A stretch of DNA of 64,000 bases from Prevotella sp. (GTDB lineage Bacteria > Bacteroidota > Bacteroidia > Bacteroidales > Bacteroidaceae), in the NCBI GenBank assembly GCA_016287755.1, contig JAEEWT010000013.1:48177-112176 (forward strand). The letters are read 5' to 3'. The notes under the pieces are model-generated. The model did no database searches. It had not been told where the DNA came from and saw nothing but the letters and a program-made list of their open reading frames with translations. Numbering within the stretch: the first letter of the stretch is position 1; each line of letters begins with the position of its first letter. Shown piece by piece: positions 9,005 through 17,758 of this stretch. The translations under genes were made by a program, and so were the position numbers.

Positions 9005-9715
9005 ATGGAATTCCTGATCATCATCGCAGCTGCGCTACTGCCAGCTATTCTGTTATGGGGGTATATCTGGAAAATGGACCGGAAAAAAGAACCCACCTCA
9101 TTACTCATCAAAGCAACGTGCTATGGTGTGCTGATCTGTCTGCCTGTTGCTATGGTGGAATCGATGATCAGTGGGGTGCTCTTCGGCGAGGGTGGACCCA
9201 CCACCCTCTTCGGAACAACAGTCGATGCCTTCATGGTGGCTGCCATTCCCGAAGAGGCATTCAAGCTGTTTGCCTTACATAGGATTCTGAAGAACAATCC
9301 GTATTTCGACGAGCACTTCGACGGTATTGTGTATGCGGTATGTGTGGGATTGGGGTTTGCAGGACTGGAGAATATTCTGTATCTCTTCGATAATGCCGAC
9401 GACTGGCTGTCGGTGGCTTTCCTACGCTCGCTGATGGCCGTTCCGGGACATTATGCCTTTGCCGTACTGATGGGCTACTATTACTCTGTTTACCACTTTG
9501 TGAATCGCTCGCGCAGAACATGGGCGATGATTCTTGTAGCTCCGGTGTTGGCTCATGGACTATACGATGCACTCCTCATGTCAGCCATGGTGAATGCGGC
9601 ACTTGGCGGCATCTGCTTCTGCGGAGCCGTTTACCTTACCTACAGACTTCATATTTATGCACGTAAGAAGGTGCTTGCCATGGTTAACAATGACAAGCAG
9701 AACCCTCTTACGTAG
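9005..9715 (+). CDS. PrsW family intramembrane glutamic metalloprotease
   Basis: 236 aa; AAIPEEAFK, DGIVYAVCVGLGFAGLEN, PGHYAF, AHGLYD. Confidence 0.92.
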   Translation: MEFLIIIAAALLPAILLWGYIWKMDRKKEPTSLLIKATCYGVLICLPVAMVESMISGVLFGEGGPTTLFGTTVDAFMVAAIPEEAFKLFALHRILKNNPYFDEHFDGIVYAVCVGLGFAGLENILYLFDNADDWLSVAFLRSLMAVPGHYAFAVLMGYYYSVYHFVNRSRRTWAMILVAPVLAHGLYDALLMSAMVNAALGGICFCGAVYLTYRLHIYARKKVLAMVNNDKQNPLT

Positions 9716-9720
9716 CGTGT

Positions 9721-10473
9721 TTATTCTTCCTTTCTGGCTTGTGTGAGTCGTTGGAACTCCGCGCGCGCCTTGGCCTGGTCTTCCAGGAACTCAGCATTGT
9801 TGTGGAGGGCAAGGACTGCTGCGCTCCCGGCCAGACGACCTGCATCGACATCGCTCTGCCAGTGGGCTCCTACAATGACACGACTGTCGCCATACATCAT
9901 GCCACGGGCCAGGATGGTGTCGGCAGCGGCAGGATTGAGCTCAGCAAGCAACAAAGCGGCACTCCACCCACGGATGGTATGGCCTGAGGGATAGGAACCG
10001 TTGTTGATCAGTCCTTCCTCCTCGTTACGGGTAAGCATATGCTCATTCATTCGCATGAAGGGTCGCTTACGGCGGTAGAACCATTTTGCCCTGGTACCCA
10101 TCTGATCACAGGTCTTGATACTCCTGATGAGGTAGTTGTAGATATCGGGAGTCTTCTCTGCTGAGATCTCCATTCCGAACGGTACGAAGTACTCTGCAAG
10201 GGTGGAATCGATATTCCACACAGCATCACGGATGGCGATGGCGGCACGTTCGGGATTGAGGCGCTGTTTCTTGCCCCACATATAACGCATGATGTCGTGG
10301 ACAAATTCTTCGCTCGTGGTATCAGGAGGAGCGGGTAACCATTTCAGCATGTTGGGCAAGTGCCGGGCAGACATGTAAGGACCGGGTTCCTTTTTTTCAT
10401 TGTCTTGTGCCTGAACGGTCATGCCGCAGAAGAGTAGGATGACGATGAGCATCCAAAAGTTGTTCTTTTTCAT
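9721..10473 (-). CDS. PAP2 / class A non-specific acid phosphatase
   Basis: 250 aa with signal peptide; KWFYRRKRPF, SYPSGHT, SRVIVGAHWQSDV. Confidence 0.92.
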   Translation of the reverse strand: MKKNNFWMLIVILLFCGMTVQAQDNEKKEPGPYMSARHLPNMLKWLPAPPDTTSEEFVHDIMRYMWGKKQRLNPERAAIAIRDAVWNIDSTLAEYFVPFGMEISAEKTPDIYNYLIRSIKTCDQMGTRAKWFYRRKRPFMRMNEHMLTRNEEEGLINNGSYPSGHTIRGWSAALLLAELNPAAADTILARGMMYGDSRVIVGAHWQSDVDAGRLAGSAAVLALHNNAEFLEDQAKARAEFQRLTQARKEE

Positions 10474-10509
10474 TGTTGTATTGTTTTGATTGTTATGGGC
10501 TTGATGGGG

Positions 10510-11145
10510 TTAATAGCCTAAGTCTTCGCCGACGAGCACTACGGTGTGGCGGCCCTTGGGGGAGTTGCGGAGGAAGTGCACGTAGTTGCAGATACTCTCG
10601 GGCGAGTTGCAGTTATGGCACACGCCATCCACCTGACAAGGGGTGTCGATACTGAAGCGGGCGGCATTGATGGGTGATGCAGTAGAACGGGCACGAGCCA
10701 GCGCAGCCTCCACATTCTGTGCCACCTTGTTCAGTCCGATGACAAAGATCACCTTCTTGGGTCCCCATGTGATGGCAGCCACGCGGTTGCCGTTGCCGTC
10801 GATATTCACAATCACGCCGTCCTCGGAGATGGCGTTGGCACTCGAGAGATAGACATCAGTGGTGAAGGCGCGGACATACATCTGCAGCTTCTCCTCGTCA
10901 CCCTCAACCAGATCGCGATCAAGCACCTCCAGCGTACCGCGCTCCTTAAGCGCCTGCGGGATGCCCATATCGCGGATGGTCATGGTGCCGCCCCATGTCA
11001 CGCTACTGCCATCGGGAATCAGTTCAGATACTTTCTTTACAGCCTCTGCTGCCGTCTCGCAGTAGAAGCCCTCCATGTGGCGACGTTTCAGATTCTTGAT
11101 CATCCGCTCCGCCAGTCGTTTGTTTCTTATTTCTTTAGGTGTCAT
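10510..11145 (-). CDS. LUD-domain (lactate utilization-like) protein
   Basis: 211 aa; WGGTMTI, SSANAISEDG, NIDGNGNRVAA, C-terminal C..DG.C.NC....ICN cysteine cluster. Confidence 0.85.
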   Translation of the reverse strand: MTPKEIRNKRLAERMIKNLKRRHMEGFYCETAAEAVKKVSELIPDGSSVTWGGTMTIRDMGIPQALKERGTLEVLDRDLVEGDEEKLQMYVRAFTTDVYLSSANAISEDGVIVNIDGNGNRVAAITWGPKKVIFVIGLNKVAQNVEAALARARSTASPINAARFSIDTPCQVDGVCHNCNSPESICNYVHFLRNSPKGRHTVVLVGEDLGY

Positions 11146-11163
11146 ATCAAAAAGTCTATTAGG

Positions 11164-12336
11164 TTATTTGAACAGATACTGTGCAAACTCATGCAGCGAC
11201 TTGCGCCACACCTGCCACTCATGGTCGCCAGGATAGGAGTTGAACTTCACCTCCACCCCACCGTCGCGCATCTTCTTCACAATGTTACGGGTGTACTCTA
11301 TGCGTGGATCCTGCTCGCCGCAGCTCATGAAGAACACGTCGAACTGTTTGTTGAAGGTCTTGGTATCGGTTAATATGCCCGGCACCTCTTTCTCTAAATC
11401 GAAGTTCGAAGCGCCCTGAATACCGCCGAACATACCTGTGGAGAACACGCCCACGTTGGCGAACACCTCAGGGTCGCGCAGACCGATATAGAACGATTGT
11501 CCGCCTCCCATAGAAAGGCCGCACATGGCACGACTCTTACGGTCTTTCTTCACACGGTAGGTCTTCTCCACAAAGGGAATGATATTGTCAACCATTTCGC
11601 TGCGGAAAGTCTGCATACCTTGCCAGCTGTAGCCACCGCCGAAGCCACCATTACGGGAACGCACATTACTGTTCGAGCTCACCACGATCATCGGTACGGC
11701 CTTACCGACAGCAATCAGGTTGTCCATGATCTGGGCTGTCCTACCCTGCTCCATCCAACCACGATGATCCTCACCACCACCATGCTGGATATACACCACG
11801 GGGTAGTCCTGCTTACCGTCGTTATAGCCGGCCGGGGTATAGACCATCAGGGGTCGCCACGACTCATCCACCTTGCTATAATAATACACGGTGCGTACCT
11901 CACCATGAGGCACATCCTGCACCTCGAAGACATCCATACCTGCTTCCTTGATCTCGATGGCACTCGACCACCGACTGCATCCGTAGAACGACTGACTGGC
12001 GGGGTCGGCTGTTGAAACACCGTCAACAACGAGCGAATAGTAGTGGTATCCTGGCACCTGTGGATTGGTGGTCACGGTCCAGGCACCGTTATCCGACTTG
12101 TTCATATCATACTTTGTTCCGCACAGATCAATCTGTACGTTCTGTGCCTGTGGGGCGTTCACACGGAACATCACACGGTTATCTGAAAGCACACGCGGAT
12201 ATCCGTTGATGTTAATATTGGTCACTGGTGAGTAGGAACCTTCCGGGAAACTCTCCCGCTGGAATCCCTGTGCTGCAAGCTGTGTGCAGCAAACGACTGA
12301 CATCAAGGCGGTCAGCATCATTCCGGTAGTTTTCAT
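11164..12336 (-). CDS. Secreted CE1-type carbohydrate esterase with N-terminal CBM48-like domain
   Basis: 390 aa; signal peptide, FRVNAPQA and VPGYHYYSLVVDG, nucleophile GLSMGG, GDHEWQVWR. Confidence 0.9.
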   Translation of the reverse strand: MKTTGMMLTALMSVVCCTQLAAQGFQRESFPEGSYSPVTNININGYPRVLSDNRVMFRVNAPQAQNVQIDLCGTKYDMNKSDNGAWTVTTNPQVPGYHYYSLVVDGVSTADPASQSFYGCSRWSSAIEIKEAGMDVFEVQDVPHGEVRTVYYYSKVDESWRPLMVYTPAGYNDGKQDYPVVYIQHGGGEDHRGWMEQGRTAQIMDNLIAVGKAVPMIVVSSNSNVRSRNGGFGGGYSWQGMQTFRSEMVDNIIPFVEKTYRVKKDRKSRAMCGLSMGGGQSFYIGLRDPEVFANVGVFSTGMFGGIQGASNFDLEKEVPGILTDTKTFNKQFDVFFMSCGEQDPRIEYTRNIVKKMRDGGVEVKFNSYPGDHEWQVWRKSLHEFAQYLFK

Positions 12337-12464
12337 ATTCTTACATCTTTATTGTCACACTATTAAAAAATCGTTTGCGAAGATACAACAAATACTACAA
12401 ACCACCAAAAAAACTTGAATATAGTTTGTGATATATATGTAATTATTGTTCATTAGCAACTTAA

Positions 12465-12499
12465 TAGGGAATCCCCTATCATTATTTAGGGATTTCCCC
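12465..12499. promoter_or_regulatory. Direct-repeat candidate operator
   Basis: TAGGGAATCCCC (12465) and TAGGGATTTCCCC (12487), 22-bp period, in the divergent esterase/DUF4251 intergenic region. Confidence 0.45.
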
Positions 12500-12559
12500 A
12501 CATGTTCGCAGTAAAAAAATGTATAAATTTACGGCGCTAATCACTATAATCGTTCAATT

Positions 12560-13063
12560 ATGAAGAGGAATCTGATTTCAATGGCGTGTGTACTATTGAC
12601 TTTGATCGTGCTCATGGGATGTGCGACATCAAAGGAGAAGACCGCGAGGAAGACTGAACAGGCAGATAGAGTGGAGTCTGCATTGGCTGAAAGGCACTAC
12701 AAGATTGCAGTGAATATGATGATCGACCCGAGCGAAACCGAAGAAAAAGTAAATCAGCTTTTACCACAACCATATAGGTTAGAGGTGAGAAACGACTCGC
12801 TGATCTCATTTCTGCCGAGGAACGGATATAATATGATCATGAATATATTAGGTCAGAGGGGCCTGATACTCTTTGAGCCCATCGACAGTTACCAAGAGGT
12901 ACTGACAAAGAAAGGCAGACGGCATATAGAAATAGGGGTGGAAAATGAGGAGGACTCCTATACATTTTTGATTGATGTGGCCACCGACGGTAATTCATAC
13001 ATCAGTGTGTACCCCCGTAAGCGAGAACGCATTTCGTTTTATGGTAATTTGATACTTGATTAA
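12560..13063 (+). CDS. DUF4251-like lipoprotein
   Basis: 167 aa; lipobox LMGC, L.VRNDSLISFLP, Y.F.IDV..DG.S.I, ISFYGNL. Confidence 0.7.
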   Translation: MKRNLISMACVLLTLIVLMGCATSKEKTARKTEQADRVESALAERHYKIAVNMMIDPSETEEKVNQLLPQPYRLEVRNDSLISFLPRNGYNMIMNILGQRGLILFEPIDSYQEVLTKKGRRHIEIGVENEEDSYTFLIDVATDGNSYISVYPRKRERISFYGNLILD

Positions 13064-13109
13064 GTTCCGTAAAAAAGTGTTGTCAGATTTGTTTTATTGA
13101 AGTAAAAGC

Positions 13110-13198
13110 CGTACCTTTGGCTTTGCCGAATGTACTCACGTTCGGAAAAACTCAAATTTTGTTTGGTTTTTCGCTTACTTATTCGTACCTTTGGCTTC
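13110..13198 (+). repeat. Promoter-associated hairpin repeat, copy B (1 unit)
   Basis: CGTACCTTTGGCTT at 13110 and 13184 (74-bp period) enclosing TTTGCCGAATGTACTCACGTTCG and a GAAAAAC...GTTTTTC hairpin; ATG follows at 13199. Confidence 0.78.
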
Positions 13199-15055
13199 AT
13201 GAAACATTTCCACCCACTTCAAACCGACATTGCACGACCAAAGCAGTTCAATGATCCGTTTGATTACGAGCCACACCCGCTGAGTATCTTAGCGGTAGAA
13301 GAGGTGCAGCAGTATATCATGGAGCACCCTGAGATTAAGGAGGATGCTGATCAAGGGAAGATGTTTGGGGTGTTGGTTGTTTCTCTTCCGAGGAAGGACG
13401 AAGGAGAAAGGAGGAAGGAGATTTCTTCTGAGATACAGAATGAGGGTGCGGGAATTGGATTCTTGGCGGCGTATAGCGGATTGCTGGCTGGCAGGAACGA
13501 CTGGGAGTGGTTTGTGCCACCCGTGTTCGATGCGCAGGATCCTGATGGGTACTTCAAGGTGCATGAGCAGAAGATAACCGAGATGAACCACGAAGTGGAG
13601 TTGTTAGAAAAGGATTTGGATCATCTCTATCACCAGTCCGACTACCTGAAGATGCTTCGTACCACGGAGAACCTGCTCAGTGAACACGAGAAGAAGATGA
13701 AGACCGCTAAGGTGCTGCGCGACATGAAGCGTCTGCAACGCAACATCTCCCCTGAAGAGAATGCGGAGCTAATCCGAGAGAGTCAGTTCATGAAGGCCGA
13801 GATGCGGCGCATCAAGAAGCGCTGTGAGGAACTGGAGAAGCCGTGGAAGGAAAAGGAGCAATCACTGACAGACAGAATTGAACAACTGAAGAAACAACGC
13901 AAGGAGGCATCTGACGACCTACAGCGCTGGCTGTTCTCACAATACAAGATGAGGAACGCGCAGGGTGAGACCAAAGACCTCATCGAGATCTTCAACGACT
14001 ATAACGGTCAGCTACCCCCAGCGGGGTCGGGTGACTGCTGTGCACCGAAACTCCTGCAGTATGCTTTTGAGAACAACCTCCAACCCCTTTGCATGGCCGA
14101 ATTCTGGTGGGGCGCATCGCCCAAGATGGAGATCCGTCATCACCTGAACTATTATCCCGCCTGCAGAGGGAAGTGCCTCCCGATTTTGGGGTGGATGTTA
14201 TCGAGGAGGAAGGACGAAGGAGGAAGGACGAAGGAGATTACTTCTGAGATACAGGATTCGAAGGATTCAGCACAAGACTCATATACACAGGACATTTCTC
14301 CTTCCTCCCTCCTCCTTCCTCCTTCCTCGAAAAATATCCTCTTCGAAGACTCCCACCTCCTCGTGCTGAACAAACCCGCTGGGATGCTGAGTGTGCCGGG
14401 GAAGACTGGGGATGTGAGTGTGGAGAGCATGATGAGGGATTATCTGCATGATGATATGAATCCTATCATCGTGCACCGACTCGATATGGATACCTCAGGA
14501 CTGATGGTCGTTGCCAAGACTAAATGGACTTACACGGAGCTGCAAAAGCAGTTCCTGGAGCATCAGGTAGAGAAAACATACGTGGCTCTATTAGAGCACA
14601 TGCCCGAGGGAAAACCGCTCAAAGGCACCATCTCCCTACCCCTCCGACCGGATATTTATGACCGTCCGCGACAGCTGGTGGATTGGGAGAATGGGAAGGA
14701 GGCGATCACAGAATATTGGATTTCGAGGAAGGACGAAGGAGGAGGGAGGAAGGAGATTACTTCTGAGATACAGGATACAAAGGAGTCTGTTCAGGACACA
14801 GGCACCCAGTACATTTCTCCTTCCTCCTTCGTCCTTCCTCCTTCCTCGATAAGAATAACCCTCCGTCCCCGCACAGGGCGGACCCACCAACTGCGCGTGC
14901 ACTGCGCCCACCAGGAAGGATTGGGGGTGCCGATTGTGGGAGATGCGCTGTATGGACATCGGGCCGACCGCCTTTATCTGCATGCCGAAACACTGTCGTT
15001 CATTCATCCTAAGACGGGTGAACGACTCACCTTCACGGCACCCGCACCATTCTAA
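13199..15055 (+). CDS. rluA: RluA family pseudouridine synthase with long N-terminal domain, carrying three in-frame repeat insertions
   Basis: Start refined to ATG 13199 (MKHFHPL). Motifs GKMFGVLVV, AGSGDCCAPKLLQYA, NKPAGMLSVPG, VHRLDMDTSG, TGRTHQLRVH, RLYLHA. Confidence 0.93.
   Translation: MKHFHPLQTDIARPKQFNDPFDYEPHPLSILAVEEVQQYIMEHPEIKEDADQGKMFGVLVVSLPRKDEGERRKEISSEIQNEGAGIGFLAAYSGLLAGRNDWEWFVPPVFDAQDPDGYFKVHEQKITEMNHEVELLEKDLDHLYHQSDYLKMLRTTENLLSEHEKKMKTAKVLRDMKRLQRNISPEENAELIRESQFMKAEMRRIKKRCEELEKPWKEKEQSLTDRIEQLKKQRKEASDDLQRWLFSQYKMRNAQGETKDLIEIFNDYNGQLPPAGSGDCCAPKLLQYAFENNLQPLCMAEFWWGASPKMEIRHHLNYYPACRGKCLPILGWMLSRRKDEGGRTKEITSEIQDSKDSAQDSYTQDISPSSLLLPPSSKNILFEDSHLLVLNKPAGMLSVPGKTGDVSVESMMRDYLHDDMNPIIVHRLDMDTSGLMVVAKTKWTYTELQKQFLEHQVEKTYVALLEHMPEGKPLKGTISLPLRPDIYDRPRQLVDWENGKEAITEYWISRKDEGGGRKEITSEIQDTKESVQDTGTQYISPSSFVLPPSSIRITLRPRTGRTHQLRVHCAHQEGLGVPIVGDALYGHRADRLYLHAETLSFIHPKTGERLTFTAPAPF
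13389..13438 (+). repeat. Intragenic palindromic element, left arm plus core (rluA copy 1)
   Basis: CGAGGAAGGACGAAGGAGAAAGGAGGAAGGAGATTTCTTCTGAGATACAG, read in frame as PRKDEGERRKEISSEIQ. Confidence 0.85.
14201..14330 (+). repeat. Intragenic palindromic element, complete 130-bp copy (rluA copy 2)
   Basis: TCGAGGAGGAAGGACGAAGG... / ...CCTTCCTCCTTCCTCGA arms with core CTTCTGAGATACAG at 14241; encodes SRRKDEGGRTKEITSEIQ...ISPSSLLLPPSS. Confidence 0.9.
14723..14849 (+). repeat. Intragenic palindromic element, complete 127-bp copy (rluA copy 3)
   Basis: TCGAGGAAGGACGAAGGAGG... / ...CCTTCGTCCTTCCTCCTTCCTCGA with core CTTCTGAGATACAG at 14760; encodes SRKDEGGGRKEITSEIQ...ISPSSFVLPPSS. Confidence 0.9.
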
Positions 15056-15179
15056 AGTTACAGTTGTTCCCCTTCCGACAAGGTCTCAACATGTTCAGAT
15101 TGTGTCAATATTGAAGAATTCCTTGTCAAAATGAGAAGAAAGTTTCATGGTCTCGGAAAAAAGTGTTTCCTTTGCACCC

Positions 15180-16142
15180 ATGAAACAGAACAACCAGCCT
15201 CTCATCTTAACGATCACCGGTTCCGACGGCACTGGCGGCTCCGGAGTACAGGCAGACATCAAGACCATCACGAATCTGGGTGGTTATGCTGTTTCTGTCG
15301 TTACCTCGGTCACCATGCAGAACACTTTGGGTATCCAGGAGTTTTACGACCTGCCCAGCGGGATCATTGCCCGGCAGATCGAGGCCATCATGGATGATGT
15401 GGTGCCCGAAGCAGTGAAGATTGGAATGCTGAGGAACGTGGAGACGGTGGAGGTGGTGACCCGGTTGTTAGAGAAATACCACCCGCAGTATATCGTCTAT
15501 GATCCCGTCGTCACAACCGTTCGTGGTGAGCAGCTCATGAGTGACGAGGTGGTGAAAGCCATTGCCGAGCATCTGGTCCCTCTGTGCCATGTCATTACCC
15601 GTCGCGGAGCCGATGAGGTAGTTGTATCTGCCCGTGGACGATCCTACCCGTTACCACAGCTCACCCATGCAAATAGTCATGGTCTGGGTGGTGCGCTCTC
15701 CTCAGCCATTGCCACCTATCTGGCACAAGGTAACAGTTTTGAGGAAGCCATCCTGCAAGCCAACAGCTACGTGAACCGTCAGGTGGCCTACATCAGTAAC
15801 CTCCAAGGCAGGAGCAGTGAGCTGTATAACGAGTTCCTGAGTGAGCTCACCCTTCACCATGCCACCAATCGCGATGTCCATTTCTATGCCGATATGCTGA
15901 ATGTCAGTGCCCGCTACCTGGCGCAGGTCACCAAGCGCATTACAGGACAGTCGCCCAAGATGATTATCGACGAGTATCTGCTGCAGGAAATCAAGCTTTC
16001 CCTGATCAATACGAAAAAGTGCATTCAAGAGGTGGCCTATCAATACGGGTTCCACTCCCAGGCACAGTTCACGAAGTTCTTCAAGAAACTCACAGGAGAG
16101 AATCCAACCCAGTTCCGTCACAAACACAGAAGAATAGAATAA
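15180..16142 (+). CDS. ThiD/PdxK-like (degenerate) kinase domain fused to AraC HTH; probable regulator
   Basis: Start refined to ATG 15180. N-terminus ILTITGSDGTGGSGVQADIKT, VTMQNT, VKIGML, YDPV; C-terminus LNVSARYLAQVTK and YGFHSQAQFTKFFKK. Confidence 0.85.
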   Translation: MKQNNQPLILTITGSDGTGGSGVQADIKTITNLGGYAVSVVTSVTMQNTLGIQEFYDLPSGIIARQIEAIMDDVVPEAVKIGMLRNVETVEVVTRLLEKYHPQYIVYDPVVTTVRGEQLMSDEVVKAIAEHLVPLCHVITRRGADEVVVSARGRSYPLPQLTHANSHGLGGALSSAIATYLAQGNSFEEAILQANSYVNRQVAYISNLQGRSSELYNEFLSELTLHHATNRDVHFYADMLNVSARYLAQVTKRITGQSPKMIIDEYLLQEIKLSLINTKKCIQEVAYQYGFHSQAQFTKFFKKLTGENPTQFRHKHRRIE

Positions 16143-16164
16143 ATCACAAACACAATAGAATAAA

Positions 16165-17040
16165 ATGAAAGAGAACAGACAAACCCTGAACCGCAACCTG
16201 GCACAGATGCTCAAGGGCGGTGTGATTATGGACGTGACAACACCCGAACAGGCCCGTATCGCCGAGGCAGCCGGAGCCTGTGCCGTGATGGCCTTAGAGC
16301 GTATCCCCGCGGATATCCGTGCCGCTGGCGGTGTGTCCCGTATGAGCGACCCGAAGATGATCCGTGGTATCCAGGAGGCTGTCACCATCCCCGTTATGGC
16401 CAAATGCCGCATCGGTCATTTTGCCGAGGCCCAGATCCTGCAGGCCATCGAGATTGATTACATCGATGAGAGTGAGGTGCTGTCACCGGCAGATGATGTG
16501 TTTCATATCGACAAGACCCAGTTCGAGGTACCGTTCGTATGTGGTGCCAAGGACTTAGGTGAGGCTTTGCGTCGCATTGCCGAAGGTGCCACGATGATAC
16601 GCACCAAGGGGGAGCCGGGAACAGGTGACATCATTCAGGCGGTGCGCCACATGCGGATGATGCAGAGTGAGATACGCCGACTGGTGAGCATGAGTGAGGA
16701 TGAGCTGTATGAGGCAGCCAAGCAGTTGCGTGCCCCTTACGACCTTGTCAAGTTCGTCCATGAGAACGGTAAGCTGCCCGTAGTGAACTTCGCCGCCGGC
16801 GGTGTGGCCACACCAGCCGATGCTGCCCTGATGATGCAGTTGGGTGCCGAGGGAGTGTTCGTGGGATCAGGTATCTTCAAGAGCGGCAACCCCGCCAAGC
16901 GGGCTCAGGCTATTGTGAAGGCCGTTACCAACTACCGCGATGCGAAACTGTTGGCAGAGCTGTCGGAAGATCTCGGAGAGGCCATGGTAGGCATCAACGA
17001 GAGTGAGATCCAGCTGTTGATGGCGGAAAGAGGGAAGTGA
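16165..17040 (+). CDS. pdxS: Pyridoxal 5'-phosphate synthase lyase subunit
   Basis: [54 protein letters not shown]. Confidence 0.98.
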   Translation: MKENRQTLNRNLAQMLKGGVIMDVTTPEQARIAEAAGACAVMALERIPADIRAAGGVSRMSDPKMIRGIQEAVTIPVMAKCRIGHFAEAQILQAIEIDYIDESEVLSPADDVFHIDKTQFEVPFVCGAKDLGEALRRIAEGATMIRTKGEPGTGDIIQAVRHMRMMQSEIRRLVSMSEDELYEAAKQLRAPYDLVKFVHENGKLPVVNFAAGGVATPADAALMMQLGAEGVFVGSGIFKSGNPAKRAQAIVKAVTNYRDAKLLAELSEDLGEAMVGINESEIQLLMAERGK

Positions 17041-17041
17041 G

Positions 17042-17596
17042 ATGAGGATAGCGGTATTGGCATTACAAGGGGCGTTTGCGGAACATGAGCAGATGTTGGA
17101 ACGCATCGGTGTGGACTATTTCGAGGTGAGACAGGCAGCCGACTGGCAACAGCCGAAGGATGGTTTGATCCTTCCCGGCGGGGAGAGCACCACGATGATG
17201 AAGCTGCTGCATGACCTGGGGTTGTATCACGACATCCAGCAAGCCATACAAGAGGGGCTGCCCGTCTTCGGCACCTGTGCTGGTCTTATCCTACTCGACC
17301 GCTTCCACTTAGGAACCATGGACATCGTGGCACGCCGCAATGCCTACGGACGACAATTGGGCAGCTTTCACACACTGGCACCGTTCAAAGGGATTCCCGA
17401 CGAGGTGCCCATGACCTTTATCCGCGCACCCTATATCCAAGAGACAGGAGAGGAGGTGGAGGTGCTGGCAGTGGTTGATCACCATATCGTGGCAGCACGA
17501 CAAGGCCATCAGCTTGTCACCGCCTTCCATCCCGAACTCGATGAGGATCCCCGACTCCACCAGTACTTTATCAGCATGGTACATGATTCCCTTTAA
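17042..17596 (+). CDS. pdxT: Pyridoxal 5'-phosphate synthase glutaminase subunit
   Basis: [37 protein letters not shown]. Confidence 0.97.
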   Translation: MRIAVLALQGAFAEHEQMLERIGVDYFEVRQAADWQQPKDGLILPGGESTTMMKLLHDLGLYHDIQQAIQEGLPVFGTCAGLILLDRFHLGTMDIVARRNAYGRQLGSFHTLAPFKGIPDEVPMTFIRAPYIQETGEEVEVLAVVDHHIVAARQGHQLVTAFHPELDEDPRLHQYFISMVHDSL

Positions 17597-17758
17597 CTTC
17601 ACCGAAGGTTCTCACACTCGGAAAACCAAAGAAAAACAAGCTTTTCACTCGTTTATTCGTAACTTTGGCTTCGCCGAAGTTACTTCCGCTCGGAAAACCA
17701 AAGAAAAACAAGCTTTTCTTTGGTTTTTCACTCGCTTAATCGTAACTTTGCAGCCGAT
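17594..17758 (+). repeat. Promoter-associated hairpin repeat, copy C (2 tandem units)
   Basis: CTCGGAAAACCAAAGAAAAACAAGCTTTTC twice; each unit ends in CGTAACTTTG. Unit 2 has a perfect 14-bp stem, unit 1 lacks most of the right arm. Confidence 0.85.

Noticed and set aside
13130-13198. N-terminal extensions called by the ORF track for rluA (also pdxK 17720 and the kinase 61620)
   Set aside because: They translate the promoter-associated repeat upstream of the -7 box; the real starts are probably 13199, 17759 and 61719.
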